DNA of 63,908 bases, the filler included, from Welwitschia mirabilis (lineage: Eukaryota): NCBI GenBank assembly GCA_051453625.1. It is 5 parts of one record of this genome, joined end to end, with 100 filler letters (N's around TTAATTAATTAA, not from the genome) between each part and the next. Parts side by side here need not be neighbours in the genome. Positions count along the whole stretch, not along the records: positions 1 to 12,147 come from JBOZIK010000001.1; positions 12,248 to 17,128 come from JBOZIK010000001.1; 3 more parts are not named here. One strand, 5' to 3'. A model generated the notes under the pieces. It was not told the DNA's origin and searched no databases. It saw nothing but the letters and a program-made list of their open reading frames with translations. Position 1 is the stretch's first letter. Every line of letters starts with the position of its first letter. Both the position numbers and the translations under genes were made by a program. Shown here piece by piece: positions 1-12,340 of the stretch.

Positions 1-364
1 GTGAAATGTTTCTTTGTGGTCATTTTTCCAACATTACAAAATTGTGAAAGAACACTAATACAAGTATAAGACAAATGAAAGAGTAGTTTCCCCAAAAAAC
101 TAAATTCAAAATTTCACTAAAACATATAAATCAGAGTATAATAATATGTAGAAAATTAAATTATGGCAATAAAACTATAATAATAACAAAAACGATGATT
201 TTTTTAAATCAGATCAAAGTAAAAATTTTCAACTTGGATCTACTATGTAGTTCTAGGTTTTTTTNNNNNNNNNNNNNNNNNNNNNNNNNNNNNNNNNNNN
301 NNNNNNNNNNNNNNNNNNNNNNNNNNNNNNNNNNNNNNNNNNNNNNNNNNNNNNNNNNNNNNNN

Positions 365-455
365 AAAGTCGGCAAGACTCAAAAAAAGTCGACTTCATTA
401 AGTCGGGGCTACTAGTTGCCCATGAGGCTACTAATCGCCTCCTTTTTAATCACTA
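365..455. mobile_element. Probable terminus of a non-autonomous DNA transposon (hAT-like)
   Basis: Clustered AGTCG/CGACT/AATCGCC subterminal-type motifs ending ...tttttaatcactag. The other end is not identifiable because of the gap and window edge. Confidence 0.35.
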
Positions 456-664
456 GTCATTAGTCATTGACTTTGTATTTTGTTCTTGAGTTTGTCACTT
501 TGTATTGACTGTAATGTGCAACAGTTCAATGAACGACCTACTTAATGTATTTTTGGATATTTAGTAATGCAAAACCATGAAAATGGCTGAAAACCTAATG
601 TGTGCTTCTACAATTTATATTACATCTCTAACTGTTGTATGACTAGTGGGACTTAACTAAAAAA

Positions 665-1191
665 TAGAAAACCTTAAAAAATGATTTCTAAAAGTTTTTG
701 ATTAATTCTCTTGTGGTTCCATTCCCCTCAGTTCTACCCATTTGAATTATCAAAATGAAAAATGTGGTTTGCACCTTGATTTGGATTACTCAAAGTATGA
801 TAGCCACATATCTTTTTAACTATAACGAAGTTTTAGTGAAGTTAATTTACACCTATGGATACTCCCTTGAGAAAGAATGTTCATCATAACAAAACTGTGG
901 AAATTGTTGAAAAGATTAATATCTGACTGTTATTTTGCCATAGGAGTTAAGTGAAAAACAAAAGGAAAAAAATAGCTTTTAATGTTTTAAAGATTCCTTA
1001 TTACATCTCGATTCCAACTTTTTGATTCTCTTAATTCCACCCATTTGAATATTCAAACGGAAAAAAAATGATTTGCATCTTGATTCTGATTCCTCAAAGT
1101 GTGATAGTAACATATCTTTTAAACTATAACGAAGCTTTAGTAAAGTTAATTTACACCTATGAATGATGCATTAAGAAAGAATGTCCATCAT
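665..1191. repeat. Diverged direct duplication, period ~300 bp
   Basis: ~735-888 (cccatttgaat...aactataacgaagttttagtgaagttaatttacacctatg...agaaagaatgttcatcat) recurs at ~1039-1191 with scattered mismatches and no gap between the copies. Confidence 0.8.
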
Positions 1192-2139
1192 GTCAATTAG
1201 GTATTACCATCTATGGAATTTAAGTATGGTAACCAACCAAACCACAATGCCCACTTTGATACTCTCCCGACTCATGGACATTGAAAGGACAGTTCAGATA
1301 CCAACTTGTTAGTGCTTTGTATGATGATGAAATTGTCAGAGCCATGTGTGAGATACAAATCTTTGTTGATATCAAGTCTTTGTTTTCCATAATGAGGATT
1401 AGATATTTCATGGTTGCTTGAATAACTAGATATTCTCTAGTGATCTTAGATTACCTATTTCTGAGTATCCTCACAGGCAGCCAAGTCTGTCTTGAAAAGC
1501 TTCCCACCTTTAAGAAAGATCTATTTTGAAACGATGTTTTATCACAAGATGCACATGTTACTGAATGTTTGAATATCGATTATACTCATAGTTAATGGCA
1601 TAATTTTTATTCAAATTATTTTCCAGTTTTCTTCAAACCCAAGGTACTCATGTGCACTTAGATTCATTTTGGATATTAGAGAGTGCATTTAATTGTGTAT
1701 ATTTATGCATGAAGAAACATTCTTTGTTATTTGCACACACATTTGCTAAGCAAACAATATTGCAAAGGTGAGGGAGATCCCACAAGGCACTATGCCATCT
1801 GTTTTAATATTTAGCAGCCCTTGATGAAGTGTGTAATCAAAATTTGCATACCATGCATTAGAAACTGACGTGACAGAGTTGTCAAACTTGGTCAAATGAG
1901 ATGGTGAAAAGGAGCTATATGCACTTGGTTGAAAAAGATCCTTCACTCTTTGCAGTTCTTTGTGTTTTTTTCCAATAGTTGTAGACAAATAATTTTTACA
2001 GGAATATATCTGCTTTTTTATAATTATTTGCAAAGAATGATCATAACTTTTCATTTGAATTTGGCATGTGCATTTACTGATATTGTTTACGATCCTGCAT
2101 CCTGAGGAGAAATTTCTTCTGATATGTTTGATGTTGCAG

Positions 2140-2232
2140 GTATATGTGTGCACATGCAATTGGCCTGAGTCACCCTGGAATTCTCTGCCGCTGCCTTGCT
2201 GCTTATGGAGATGCTGTTGGAGCAGTAAAATG
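2140..2232 (+). CDS. TWD40-2: Internal exon A of TPLATE/TSET complex WD40 subunit gene (TWD40-2/TTRAY2-like)
   Basis: Acceptor ttgcag|G at 2139/2140, donor TG|gtatgg at 2232/2233. Translates (R)YMCAHAIGLSHPGILCRCLAAYGDAVGAVK(W), matching the Arabidopsis TWD40-2 segment RYMCAHAISLSHPGIRCRCLAAYGDAVSAVKW as I recall it. Confidence 0.92.
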
Positions 2233-2324
2233 GTATGGCTTGTCATTTGTTGTCTTTCTTTTCTTCCTTATTGTAGCTGCTGCATGTGTTTGTTTCTAAC
2301 ATACATCAAAGCTGAAATCAACAG

Positions 2325-2426
2325 GGCTACAAGACTTAGCAGAGAGCATCATGATGACCTTGCAGAATTTATGCTTGGAATGGGTTATGCTACTGAGGCA
2401 CTTCATCTTCCAGGAATATCTAAGAG
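2325..2426 (+). CDS. TWD40-2: Internal exon B of TWD40-2-like gene
   Basis: Acceptor caacag|G, donor AG|gtattg; phase 2 joins with the neighbouring exons. Translates (W)[33 protein letters not shown](R). Confidence 0.93.
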
Positions 2427-2619
2427 GTATTGCATTGTTGTCAAACTAACAGGCTTTCATTTATTTTTGATAATCAAAGCTATTCTAGTTTCATTTTGAT
2501 TACTCTGATCCCTACCGATGTTCAATATTTTTTAATTTAAACAAGTAGAAGTACTGCTTTATTTAAATCATTTATATGTTTTGCAATATTCAAAGCAATT
2601 TCCAATGAACATTGTGCAG

Positions 2620-2980
2620 GTTAGAGTTTGACCTTGCTGTACGGAGTAATGACTTAAAAAGGGCCCTCCAGTGTCTTCTCACTATGAGTAATAGCAGAAA
2701 TGTTGGTCAGGATGTGAATATTGGCACTGCTACAACAGGAATTCTAAGCTTGGCGTCAAAGCAAGAAATTCCTACTGATAGTGTTCAAGGAATCGTCAAA
2801 TTTGCACAAGAATTTCAAATTTTAATTGATGCTGCAGATGCTACAGCTCAGAAAGATATTGCAAGTGAGGCACTCAAAAGGCTTGCAGCAGCAGGCTCTG
2901 TGAAGGGTGCCTTGCAACCACATCAGCTGCGAGGATTGGCTTTGAGACTTGCCAACCATGGAGAACTCACACGTTTATCA
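2620..2980 (+). CDS. TWD40-2: Internal exon C of TWD40-2-like gene
   Basis: Acceptor gtgcag|G, donor TCA|gtatgt. Translates (R)LEFDLAVRSNDLKRALQCLLTMSNSR...AAAGSVKGALQPHQLRGLALRLANHGELTRLS, inside ORF 2612..3103. Confidence 0.94.
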
Positions 2981-4779
2981 GTATGTAATCTTCAACAAGA
3001 AGATCATGATAAAGGATTAAATTATTTGATACTGGCAATATTCTACAATCCAAAGAAATTGTTGTCAAAAGCTTACTTAGGGAGCTATGTGCTTTTTTCA
3101 TAATGACTTGTTTTGAATGTTGTTAGAACAATTTCAAATTTTCAAGGTGGCTTACACCCTGATATTGGTGATTAAGTATAACCATTTAAATCCCCTATCA
3201 CTATGAATTATGAAAAGAAAAAGGAAAGAATTTTAAACAAAGGGGGAAAAGGCAGAAAACAAAGCTCTTAGATTCAATCTTTCAGGAGAAAATTCAAACC
3301 ACAAACAAGGCGCCTCAACTAAGCACAAAGGGTCTTCAAGGCAATTAAGAATCTGAGATATTCATACCAGCATCCCTCAAGCCAGGGATTGGATAAACCC
3401 CAAAGTGCTAAAGGGCTAATCCAATTCCAAGAAAGGCTTATCCACAGTAACACCTTGAAATTGTGAAGAGACAAGACCAGTGATTTAAAAAGGGCAACAT
3501 GTAAACATCTAGGGTTTATGTCTTTTGTGAGGCGGCATTTTCCCCTCACATTATCAAAAGGTCAGCGACATGTCACTATGAGTAAGTCATTGACATGTAA
3601 CAACCTCAACTTCAAATGCGAAACACATGGGGCCAAAAACAGAAAATAATAGGAACTGCAAGGAGTAGATTTTATGTGATAATTGGCTTCCAACTCATTT
3701 ATGCATGTCAAGTGCTTCCTAAATTGCTTAATTTTAATTCTTTTTGCTTATACTGTTATAAACCTTGTGAAATTAGTAATTCCCACTTTTATTGGCTGAC
3801 ATTTTGTGCCAACATGATGACATGACTCCCTAACATGACATTTTCAGGCCCCTGATATAAATTAATTGCTGCCATTTAGATAATTGGCTGAGAGTATTCC
3901 TTACCACATAAATAACTACTCTATCAACATGGTCTTATAAACCAACCAATTACAACACAGGATTCAACACAAAGAAGGATCTTACAAAGGATTTTAATAA
4001 AGTACATTTGGCTTCACATTTAATTACAACCTAAACAAGCTTTAGAGCATCTCATTATCCGAATGCATAACTGGGTTAAGTGGAACTTGTAGATTCAAAA
4101 TAATGTTGCTTATGATATCATGCAGGATTTTTTTCATAACACCAACAAATTCCATATAGGAGGGTAAGAGTCTACCAAATGTGAACATATGCATATTTTT
4201 TATGGCTTATTTCAAATTGAATACACAACTTTTATCTTTCACAGAAGATATAGTCATGGATTTACTGTTCCATTAAAACAGATGATGTACAAGAAACACA
4301 TTAAAGACTTAACTAGTTTAGTCAGGGCACAACCGAAAGAACTTATGTTTAGCTGTGACCCTTAACATTCCATATAAAAGGATAGAATGCAACAAAGTAA
4401 GAGAATCAAAATTGCAAGAGATGACGATATTGATTTCATGGAAGTTTGACTTCTATATAGCATGAAACAAAGTTTGACTACTGTGTCTAACACACTGAAG
4501 CAGTTAGAAATAAACTGAAGCATGATAAAAATGGTTCATTTTATAAATACTAATTACACAACTGTATCCAAAATTGTTCATAAGTAAGCAGTCTGCTCAT
4601 GTGTGGGAATTCTGTGTCCATTTCTGTGTCTATTGCATTATATACTAGTGTATGTGGCTCAAAGGCTTTCTTTGCGTGCAAGAAAAGGTGTCACCAAAAT
4701 TACAAACTCACTATGTTGCCTGTCCCACCCTAGAGTGCATAAGAGTAAGACAAGTGGAAACCAAGTATCTCAGATTTGA

Positions 4780-5157
4780 GGATTTGGGAAGCATGGAGAA
4801 TGGGTTTGCAGAGGAGTGCGCGTGGAGCTTGAAAACTTTTCAGGAAAAACAGCTGAATTATGATTTTTTCTTTTTTTGGGAATCAATGTATACATGAGTT
4901 TTTCCTGCTTTTGTTGATCTTAATCCCATGAGTTTGCAATTAGACCTACTTAATGCTCAACTAATTGATGAGTCATCCTAACTAAATGATGACTTATGCT
5001 TGAACTAAATTAAAACTACTGCAAGACAATGGCATGTGAGCATGCCCATAGTGCCATACTTTATTAAAAATAAAAGGATACAATGAAAGGGAAGGAAATA
5101 ATAAAATTAGGAAGTCGCCAATTTCCTAAATAATTTAGAAATATTTCCAAATTAACA
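4780..5157 (-). repeat. LTR-like direct repeat, copy 1
   Basis: Shares cttaatgctcaactaattgatgagtcatcctaactaaat...tttattaaaaataaaaggata...ccaatttccta with 6681-7058. Both copies end in ...aaca, i.e. a TGTT start on the minus strand. Confidence 0.7.
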
Positions 5158-6680
5158 TTACGCAATGATGAAAAATGGTTGGGATGAGCCCCCAAACTAG
5201 CTTTATCACTTTACATATAGAAAACAAGTTATAAATGGTGTCTCATACCACCATTTATAAAATATTTTCCAAATGTAAAATCCGCATTCAAGTAATCTGG
5301 GGACAAATTGGGTATGGTCACTAAAAAATAACTTCAAACGATTTGGGAAACGCAGGAAAACTTCAGAACCTTGGGAAATATTTAGGACAGTCAGGACACA
5401 CTAGTCACATTCTCTAGACAAACTTGGCAAACTTCATCATGGAAAGCAAGGCTAGTTACATACTCATTGCCATCCTTAGAAGAATTTTACATTTGCTTTA
5501 AAAATACATTTAAATAATAAATTAAAATACATGTTTCACCATGCTTTTTGTGCAGCTTCCATCACGATGGGTATTTTGTTTTCAATCAGCACACGAGGCA
5601 TCTACTGTAACTTGACAGCAGTAATGGGAAGGATGCCCATAATGGCTTTTGAGATCCGATCTCCTGGTTCATCAGGGAAGTCCTTTTTCCTCTTATGCAT
5701 TCTGTGAGTCATTTCACACCTGGTCTTCTGCTGTGGATTGAACGATTCCAACCATTAGAATGCAGACTTTCATGATCTATGAGAAATGTGATGAGTTGCA
5801 TAGAAAAATTCCTTCAGTTTGATTCCTTCACAAAGCTAACTCCAAATTCCTGTCTTGGAAGCTTCCATTTTTGCAGCTTTGTCCTTTCCTCATTCTGCAG
5901 ACATACCAACATTAAGGCTTCAAAATACAGTGATGCATCCAGCACAGAGACCCTAAGGGATCTTGAATTGGGAATGCAGAACACTGCAGCTCTGAACATT
6001 ATGTTTTGGATCTCNNNNNNNNNNNNNNNNNNTTTTCATTAAAAGAAAGAAAAACACACAGATCAACATGAACATGAAAGTCACGTTGCATAATTCTGTA
6101 GATTGGAGATAGAATTGAGAATGGAAATAGTTGGAAGGTGGGATACAGAGGGAGAAAGTCTCTTGCCAGATGCATCTACAGATTTATTGTTTTAGTCTGT
6201 TAAGATCATTTGATTGTAAAGAAGTTCTACCATGCAAGACCCAATATTGCAAAATCATCAAAAGGATTCTGTGGGAAATGAAAATTTGAGTTATGGAAGG
6301 ATGCAAGTGGTGCAGATTTTCTCAGTGTTACATCTGGCCTTCTCAGCAAGTACATCAATAGAGAGGGGGTGAGGAGGAAGGTGAGATCTCTCTTGATCAA
6401 ATCCACTCTGTTGAATCCTCAACAGGAGCTTTGCAAATGAATCTGCAAGGCCTTGTAAAATTGGGAAACACATGCANNNNNNNNNNNNNNNNNNNNNNNN
6501 NNNNNNNNNNNNNNNNNNNNNNNNNNNNNNNNNNNNNNNNNNNNNNNNNNNNNNNNNNNNNNNNNNNNNNNNNNNNGGAAACACATACATCAAGAGGAAT
6601 CCCACTTCTAGCAATGTCAACGGGTCAATCCCTTCAAGTGCTTTAGGTTTGTTAGAAGGTTGGGCTTCAATGCCAATCAA

Positions 6681-7058
6681 GGATTTGGGGAGCGTGGAGA
6701 ATGGGTAGAAGGGGGAGTAAGGGTGCAGCTTGGAAGCTTTGCAGGAAAAGCAGCTTAATTAATTGAATTTTTCGATATCAAAATACATAAGTTTTTTAAT
6801 TTTCTTTCTGTTTTTCTGGTTGACCTTAATCTCATGAGTTTGGGTTTAGATCCACTTAATGCTCAACTAATTGATGAGTCATCCTAACTAAATAATGACT
6901 TCTGTCTAATCTAAATTAAAAATTCCTAAAATACAATGGCATGTGGGCATACCCATAGTGACAAACTTTATTAAAAATAAAAGGATATAACAGAAGGGAA
7001 GGGAATAATAAAATTAGAAGTGTCCAATTTCCTAGGTAATTTAGTAGTGTTTCTAACA
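6681..7058 (-). repeat. LTR-like direct repeat, copy 2
   Basis: Matches copy 1 and ends gtttctaaca. No PBS or PPT recognised. Confidence 0.7.
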
Positions 7059-9769
7059 ATATTGAACTGAAGCAAGAATTACATGTCAAAACCAATGTAG
7101 TGTCATGTGAACCTTAGCTGAACAAGTACACCAAAAATTAGGTTTAGTACATCGAGCAGTTAGATATAATTTCTTTGATTTCCCACTTAAGTATTCTGAT
7201 TATGCACTTTTACAAAACTTCTCTTCAATTACCTTGGTTAAAAATTCCGTCTGTATGATGACATCATGTCCTGTGTTAGAAATGTTGATTACAAACCAGT
7301 GGATACTGACATCAGATCATTCTAGAAGTTAGAACCATTATAATTTGTTTGTAAAAGGCATTGTAGCAAGATTTGCAGGAAGTTTGCAATTACTCACTCA
7401 GTTGTGAAGTATTTGCTGTTGCTGAGTTTGTGGTACAGGAACTCACCAAATGTGATTTTTCCCCTAGCTAAGGTGGATAGTGGCTCCAAGGCTTGCTACC
7501 ATGGTAAAAGGTAACATTTATTGTTTTGTTAGCCTCCCATTCTGTGGGAGAGCTTCTCAACTATCCAATAGGCACAGAATTTGTCAAACAGTGGCTTGAA
7601 GGTAATGAATTATCAAGATATCTCTTGTGTGAAGACCTCATGACAAACAAGGAGACATGGATTTTGCTAGAAGTTTTGATGATGCCTTACAAAGCAGTGG
7701 TTTAAGTTTATAAATACAATACTTGTCAGTGAGGGAAGCAATGAAGAGTTTTGCAGTTACTCCATGACACTTAGAATCTAAGTTCAAACTGAAGTATGTT
7801 ATTATTTATTTAAAAAAAAAGAAAGAAAAAAGACAGCAAAAGGCAAAACAGATTGCAATGCATGCACAGACTTATGTGGTAAGACCCTCACATGTTGAGG
7901 GAAACATTCAGAAGAGATAATCCAGAGGGGTTATTAAAACTAAGCTTACAAAACCAAGCCCTAAAAAAAGGGTTTCAAGCTTCAGCTCTAAATCTCTCAT
8001 AGGAATCGCTCCTCAAAGCCAAATGCTATTTCAACCACTTGATGCAAATGCAATCTTAAATAGAGGTTAAATAGATAGAGGCAGAACTTTCTAGAATGCT
8101 CTAGATCCATCCCTTTAAGTTATAACTGTTGGTCAACCCCCCATGCCTATATATTTTAGCCTTAAGGTGATGTTATAATATAATTTATCCTGTACAATAA
8201 TTCAAAAAGCGTTGACTTTTAAATACAACGTTACAAAGGGAATAGTTTCACTTCTTATTATAATAAAGCAGTTCTTTATTCCTTTTCTGAAATGAATGCA
8301 CAAATCAGATATGTGCTCACTCAAACAAACATCAACCATATTTTTATTCTTCTCACATATTTGCATGTATGATCCATCTTGAAGACACTTCAGTAGGAAG
8401 CAACTGTAATTTAGCTTCATAATTTGGAGTTACAAGAAAAGTGTGGATAGTGTGATTCATGATGTGCCTAGAGATAATTCTGCACAGGCATAAACATCTA
8501 ATAAGCCAGAGGTCAAAAATAAAGGGAAAACAGGAAGTGAAGGAAAAGATGAAATTGCAACATCACTTCAGCACTTTATACAGACTACAAACATGTCGGG
8601 TCAAATCAGCAAAACAGCCTTATTTCAGTAAGCACTCACATAGACAATCAACAGGAATCCTTCACAAATGAAAGGCACTGGTAGGAGGAGCCTATTGAAG
8701 GATATGATCAACACAAGATAACAACAATAGAGGATATTATTACAAAACACAATTGTATGGATCCTTATCTTCTACAAAATAGTTCCTTGATGGATCTTCT
8801 TGTTAGTCTTGACTGTGAACTAAGGATCAATTATGTCACATTTCAAATCATTGTGTGAATAAAGAGTTCACACACGTGAAGGAGTTGGAGGCTATGAATA
8901 AGAGCCTCATTGCAAAAACAGTAGTGAGAGAATTGAGTTAGCTATCCTCCAAAATCCGCGAGAATTAAAAAGGGTTTATACTAGACTGAAAATTGTTTTT
9001 AAAATATCAATTCAAAAGGGAGAGTAAAATACACAAGAAAATTTGAAATAGGAAGTTGAAGTAATGAAGGGGAAAAAAATTCATGATGGCAATCACAAAA
9101 CCTTGGAACAGAGGAAAGATGAGCTTTACAAACACCCTGAAAGACTAAGAAAACATTGCTGATGCAATGGGTTGGGTGACAAAGTAACTCAGAGCAAGGA
9201 TTTAACAACTTGGAATGGAAAAGCTAGCCAAGAATGTTTACAACGTTTGATTGGATCACACAGTCTTTATGTTACCTTTCTTTTTCTTTTTGCCATCCTA
9301 TTAATGATTTTCCTTGTGTTTCGTAAATTATTTCTGTGATTCTGTGACATGATAACAACTATCGAAACATAATAGCGTTATCTTATTACTGAGAAAAGTT
9401 ATTGCACATTGTTATTTTCCTTTATCAAATGCACTTGGAAAACTAAAGAAAGCCATATTCCAAATGACGGCTTATATGTTTGCTTATAGAAACAAAATTT
9501 AGGGTTATCTGTATCACAACAGGATACTTATTTTTAAATCTTGATGTAACTCCTCTGTAAGTTTTAGGGAGAGGACACGATCAAATAAATGAAAGGAAAA
9601 CCCTGTGCAGCCATTTCAAAATATGTGTCCATAACAAATAGCTGTGTATGGAGTGTACAAATTTGATTTGTGGTTTGTTTAGAATGCAATTGTTTGAAGA
9701 GCCTTTGCCACTAGATGAAGATTGGTCACAGCTGGTAGGTAAATTTGAATTAACAAGTACATTTAGAAC

Positions 9770-11348
9770 CATAGTTGGGAAACTCGGACTCGGGACCAAA
9801 CTTGTTTGGCTACCCTGGACTAGGACTCGTTAGCCAAACTCAACAAACTCGGCAAAACTCAGCGAAACTCGGGAAAGCCAAAAGAGTTTGGGTTTTCATA
9901 TACTTTTTGAAAAACTACATATTTTTTAAAATCAAACAAAGGCCTCATAGAGGGACACCTATAATTACTCTACCTACTTTTTACTAGTTATGGATGCAAT
10001 GAGAATGCTCTTGAAGCAGCACAAAGCAAAAGGGATCTTCATAGGAAGCTAGATGATCCTTAACAATCATTATGCTGATGATACCATCCTTACCACTAAA
10101 GCAGCTAAATACAACTTCTNNNNNNNNNNATCATTTTTATGATTTGATGATTTGATATTGATAATTAAAAATTTGATTTGTTTAATTTTAGTTTTTAGGT
10201 TGATTATCAAGAACTTCTAGTGACTCTTCCTTATTCAAAATCAGATCATCAAATAATGTGGACAAAATAGGATTATTGTTTTTTCTATTTCATCAAATAT
10301 AATATCTCAACTCAAGTAATGATGACTCTTTTGGAAGGTGAGTCTTATACCTCATAGGCTTTATTCCTTTTATAATAACCAAGAATGAAATAAGTTTTGG
10401 ATTTATTTTATAATTCGTTTCATTACCATAGATAGTGCATAAAATACTTGCTTCCTTAGGTTTTGAGATGCTTGTAGGATCCCACCTCATTAAGCCATTT
10501 TGGTATTAGTAGATCTTCATTCAGAGCTTTAGTAAGAACCTATTTTAAATATATATAACTATTTTAAGAACTTATATCCATATCAAGGGTGGAACATATG
10601 TCCTATATAGGATGCTTCATGTAATTTCCATGATAGATCTATTTTTTTAGCTTTGTCTTCGTTTCTATTAGTAAGCAGAACACTTTGGAAACATTAAGGA
10701 TTTGAGATTTATTTCATAGGAAATATACAAAGGACATCCTATTGTGGTCTTTAACAAGAGTAAGAAAGTAGATTTATTCTTGTGAGTATGAAATAGATAC
10801 TGATTTATATAAATCATTGTGGATCAATTTAAGTTTTATGTCTGTTCTATTTATTTTATTATTTTGGAATGTCATAAGTGTATTTTACACGTGTAACAAG
10901 CTTTGTAGACTAGCCCTTTAGTTTTAAATATTAGAATGTCTTCACTAATTTGATGTAGCTTCTTAAGAATGCTGTAGCATATATGCCATAACTGTTGGTG
11001 TTAGATCATTGCTTTATTTATCTTAATAGTTCTACAACGATCTGCATCCTACACAGCGTCTAGACACACGCAAATGTTTGGAAACACAGTTTTCGAGTGC
11101 TGGGAATCACTCTTTCTCTCACCTGAATGGCTGTTCTTTCTGCACAAATGATGCTGCAACCGCAGACCACTTTTTAACTCAGGAAAAACTCCTTTTTTTT
11201 TATGTTTCTATTCACGCTAGTCCGGCAGTCGTGGACACGCTGGAATCGCCGGACTCGCCGAGTGAGTTCACATTTTTGGACTCGCGACGATCCTTGAACT
11301 CGCAAAATCGCAGAACTCGCGGGAATCGCCACGAGTTTCACAACACTA
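9770..11348. mobile_element. Non-autonomous TIR DNA transposon, probably hAT-derived
   Basis: Left end CATAGTTGGGAAACTCG and right end CGAGTTTCACAACACTA form an imperfect inverted repeat. Many ACTCG/AATCG subterminal motifs lie at both ends, and AGAAC lies immediately outside each end. Confidence 0.7.
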
Positions 11349-11574
11349 AGAACCTGAATTTGAATTACCAAATGCATTTAGAACCTGATTCAAAATGTCC
11401 ATTGTCTGTGGGCATTACATATTTGTGGATTGGTTTTCTGAACATATGAGTTTGTATTCTATCTAGCAAGGCTAGTTTCTAGTCCAGCCATCAAATATTT
11501 TTGGTAGAATGCCAGGCATTGGAACTGACAAAATCCTAGCTAGGTACTTGCAGCATCAAAGACTGTTAATACTT

Positions 11575-11860
11575 AATACAGAGAAACTAAGCATACAGAG
11601 AAACTAAGCAAAAGACCAGAATTAACTCGTTTGATTTGAAACTAAAAGAAAACATCATAACTTTGTATCATTGTTGGCATCATTTCTGTACATACTTTTG
11701 CCAATGCTAAATGATGCACCAGTAATTTCTCTCTTCCTGAAGGCAATCTTTAGTACAAAGAAATATGCTCTCAACATTCAGAACTGATAAGGATGCTTAG
11801 ATGACTTGATGCTTCTCAGCATTCAGAACTAATGAGGATGCTTGAATGACTTTGATGCTT
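11575..11860. repeat. Two short tandem duplications (17 bp x2 near 11577; ~45 bp x2 at ~11766-11859)
   Basis: atacagagaaactaagc occurs twice; ctcaacattcagaactgataaggatgcttagatgacttgatgctt occurs twice with mismatches. Confidence 0.75.
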
Positions 11861-12117
11861 TTTTCCCCATTTCGACTTGTATTGAAACAATTCACATTAC
11901 GATAGAGGAATTTTGTTTTGTTATCTCATAAAAATCAAAGTGAATTTGCAACTTTGTTTTTTACGTACAGAATGCATCTCGAGTGAAAATGGACGGGTTT
12001 CTCCCTTGTAGGCTCAAGCTTCAAAGTGTGTTATGTTTATCATGTTAGTATTTAGAGTTGTAGGTCTTCTGCTCTAAGCTATCCTTGATCAAGCTAATTG
12101 AACATGCTTTAATACAG

Positions 12118-12147
12118 GTCTTGATAAATAATATGATTTCTGCTGGT
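12118..12147 (+). CDS. TWD40-2: 5' part of exon D of TWD40-2-like gene, truncated by scaffold end
   Basis: Acceptor taatacag|GTC in phase 0, as exon C requires. Translates VLINNMISAG, matching the expected continuation (GLVNNLISIG-like) after ELTRLS. Ns start at 12148. Confidence 0.8.
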
Positions 12148-12247
12148 NNNNNNNNNNNNNNNNNNNNNNNNNNNNNNNNNNNNNNNNNNNNTTAATTAAT
12201 TAANNNNNNNNNNNNNNNNNNNNNNNNNNNNNNNNNNNNNNNNNNNN
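12148..12247. other. Artificial scaffold linker N44-TTAATTAATTAA-N44
   Basis: TTAATTAATTAA at 12192-12203 (stops in all six frames) with 44 N on each side. Confidence 0.97.
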
Positions 12248-12340
12248 GAGAGAGAGAGAGAGAGCGAGAAAGAGAGAGAGAGAGAGAAGGGAAGGGATGG
12301 AAAGAGAAAGAAAGGGAGGAATGGGAGAAGAAAAAGAGAG
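12248..12340. repeat. (GA)n microsatellite / purine-rich tract
   Basis: gagagagaga... read directly at the scaffold start. Confidence 0.9.

Larger units (their letters stand above)
2981..12117 (+). other. ~9.1-kb GT-AG intron containing TE remnants
   Basis: Begins gtatgt and ends tacag between exons C and D; I recognised no further TWD40-2 coding sequence inside it. Confidence 0.78.

Noticed and set aside
1746..2499. ORFs 1746..2246 (-) and the N-terminal part of 2068..2499 (+) as independent genes
   Set aside because: They are antisense or off-frame overlaps of real exons and introns; only 2325-2426 is in the true frame.
2981..3103. C-terminal tail of ORF 2612..3103 as a real protein end
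   Set aside because: Homology stops at the GT donor at 2981; the rest is intron read-through.
3290..3550. Possible LINE 3' fragment on the minus strand
   Set aside because: Only vague compositional resemblance; no RT or endonuclease motif and no TSD.
7440..9290. Possible solo LTR and gag-like fragments in the long intron
   Set aside because: I could not define termini, a TSD or a diagnostic protein motif.
11760..11860. Intronic C/D-box snoRNA candidate
   Set aside because: It is explained as a ~45-bp tandem duplication; there is no properly arranged C/D box pair with a terminal stem.
12192..12203. TTAATTAATTAA as a biological palindrome or regulatory motif
   Set aside because: It is always centred in exactly 88 Ns, so it is an artificial linker.
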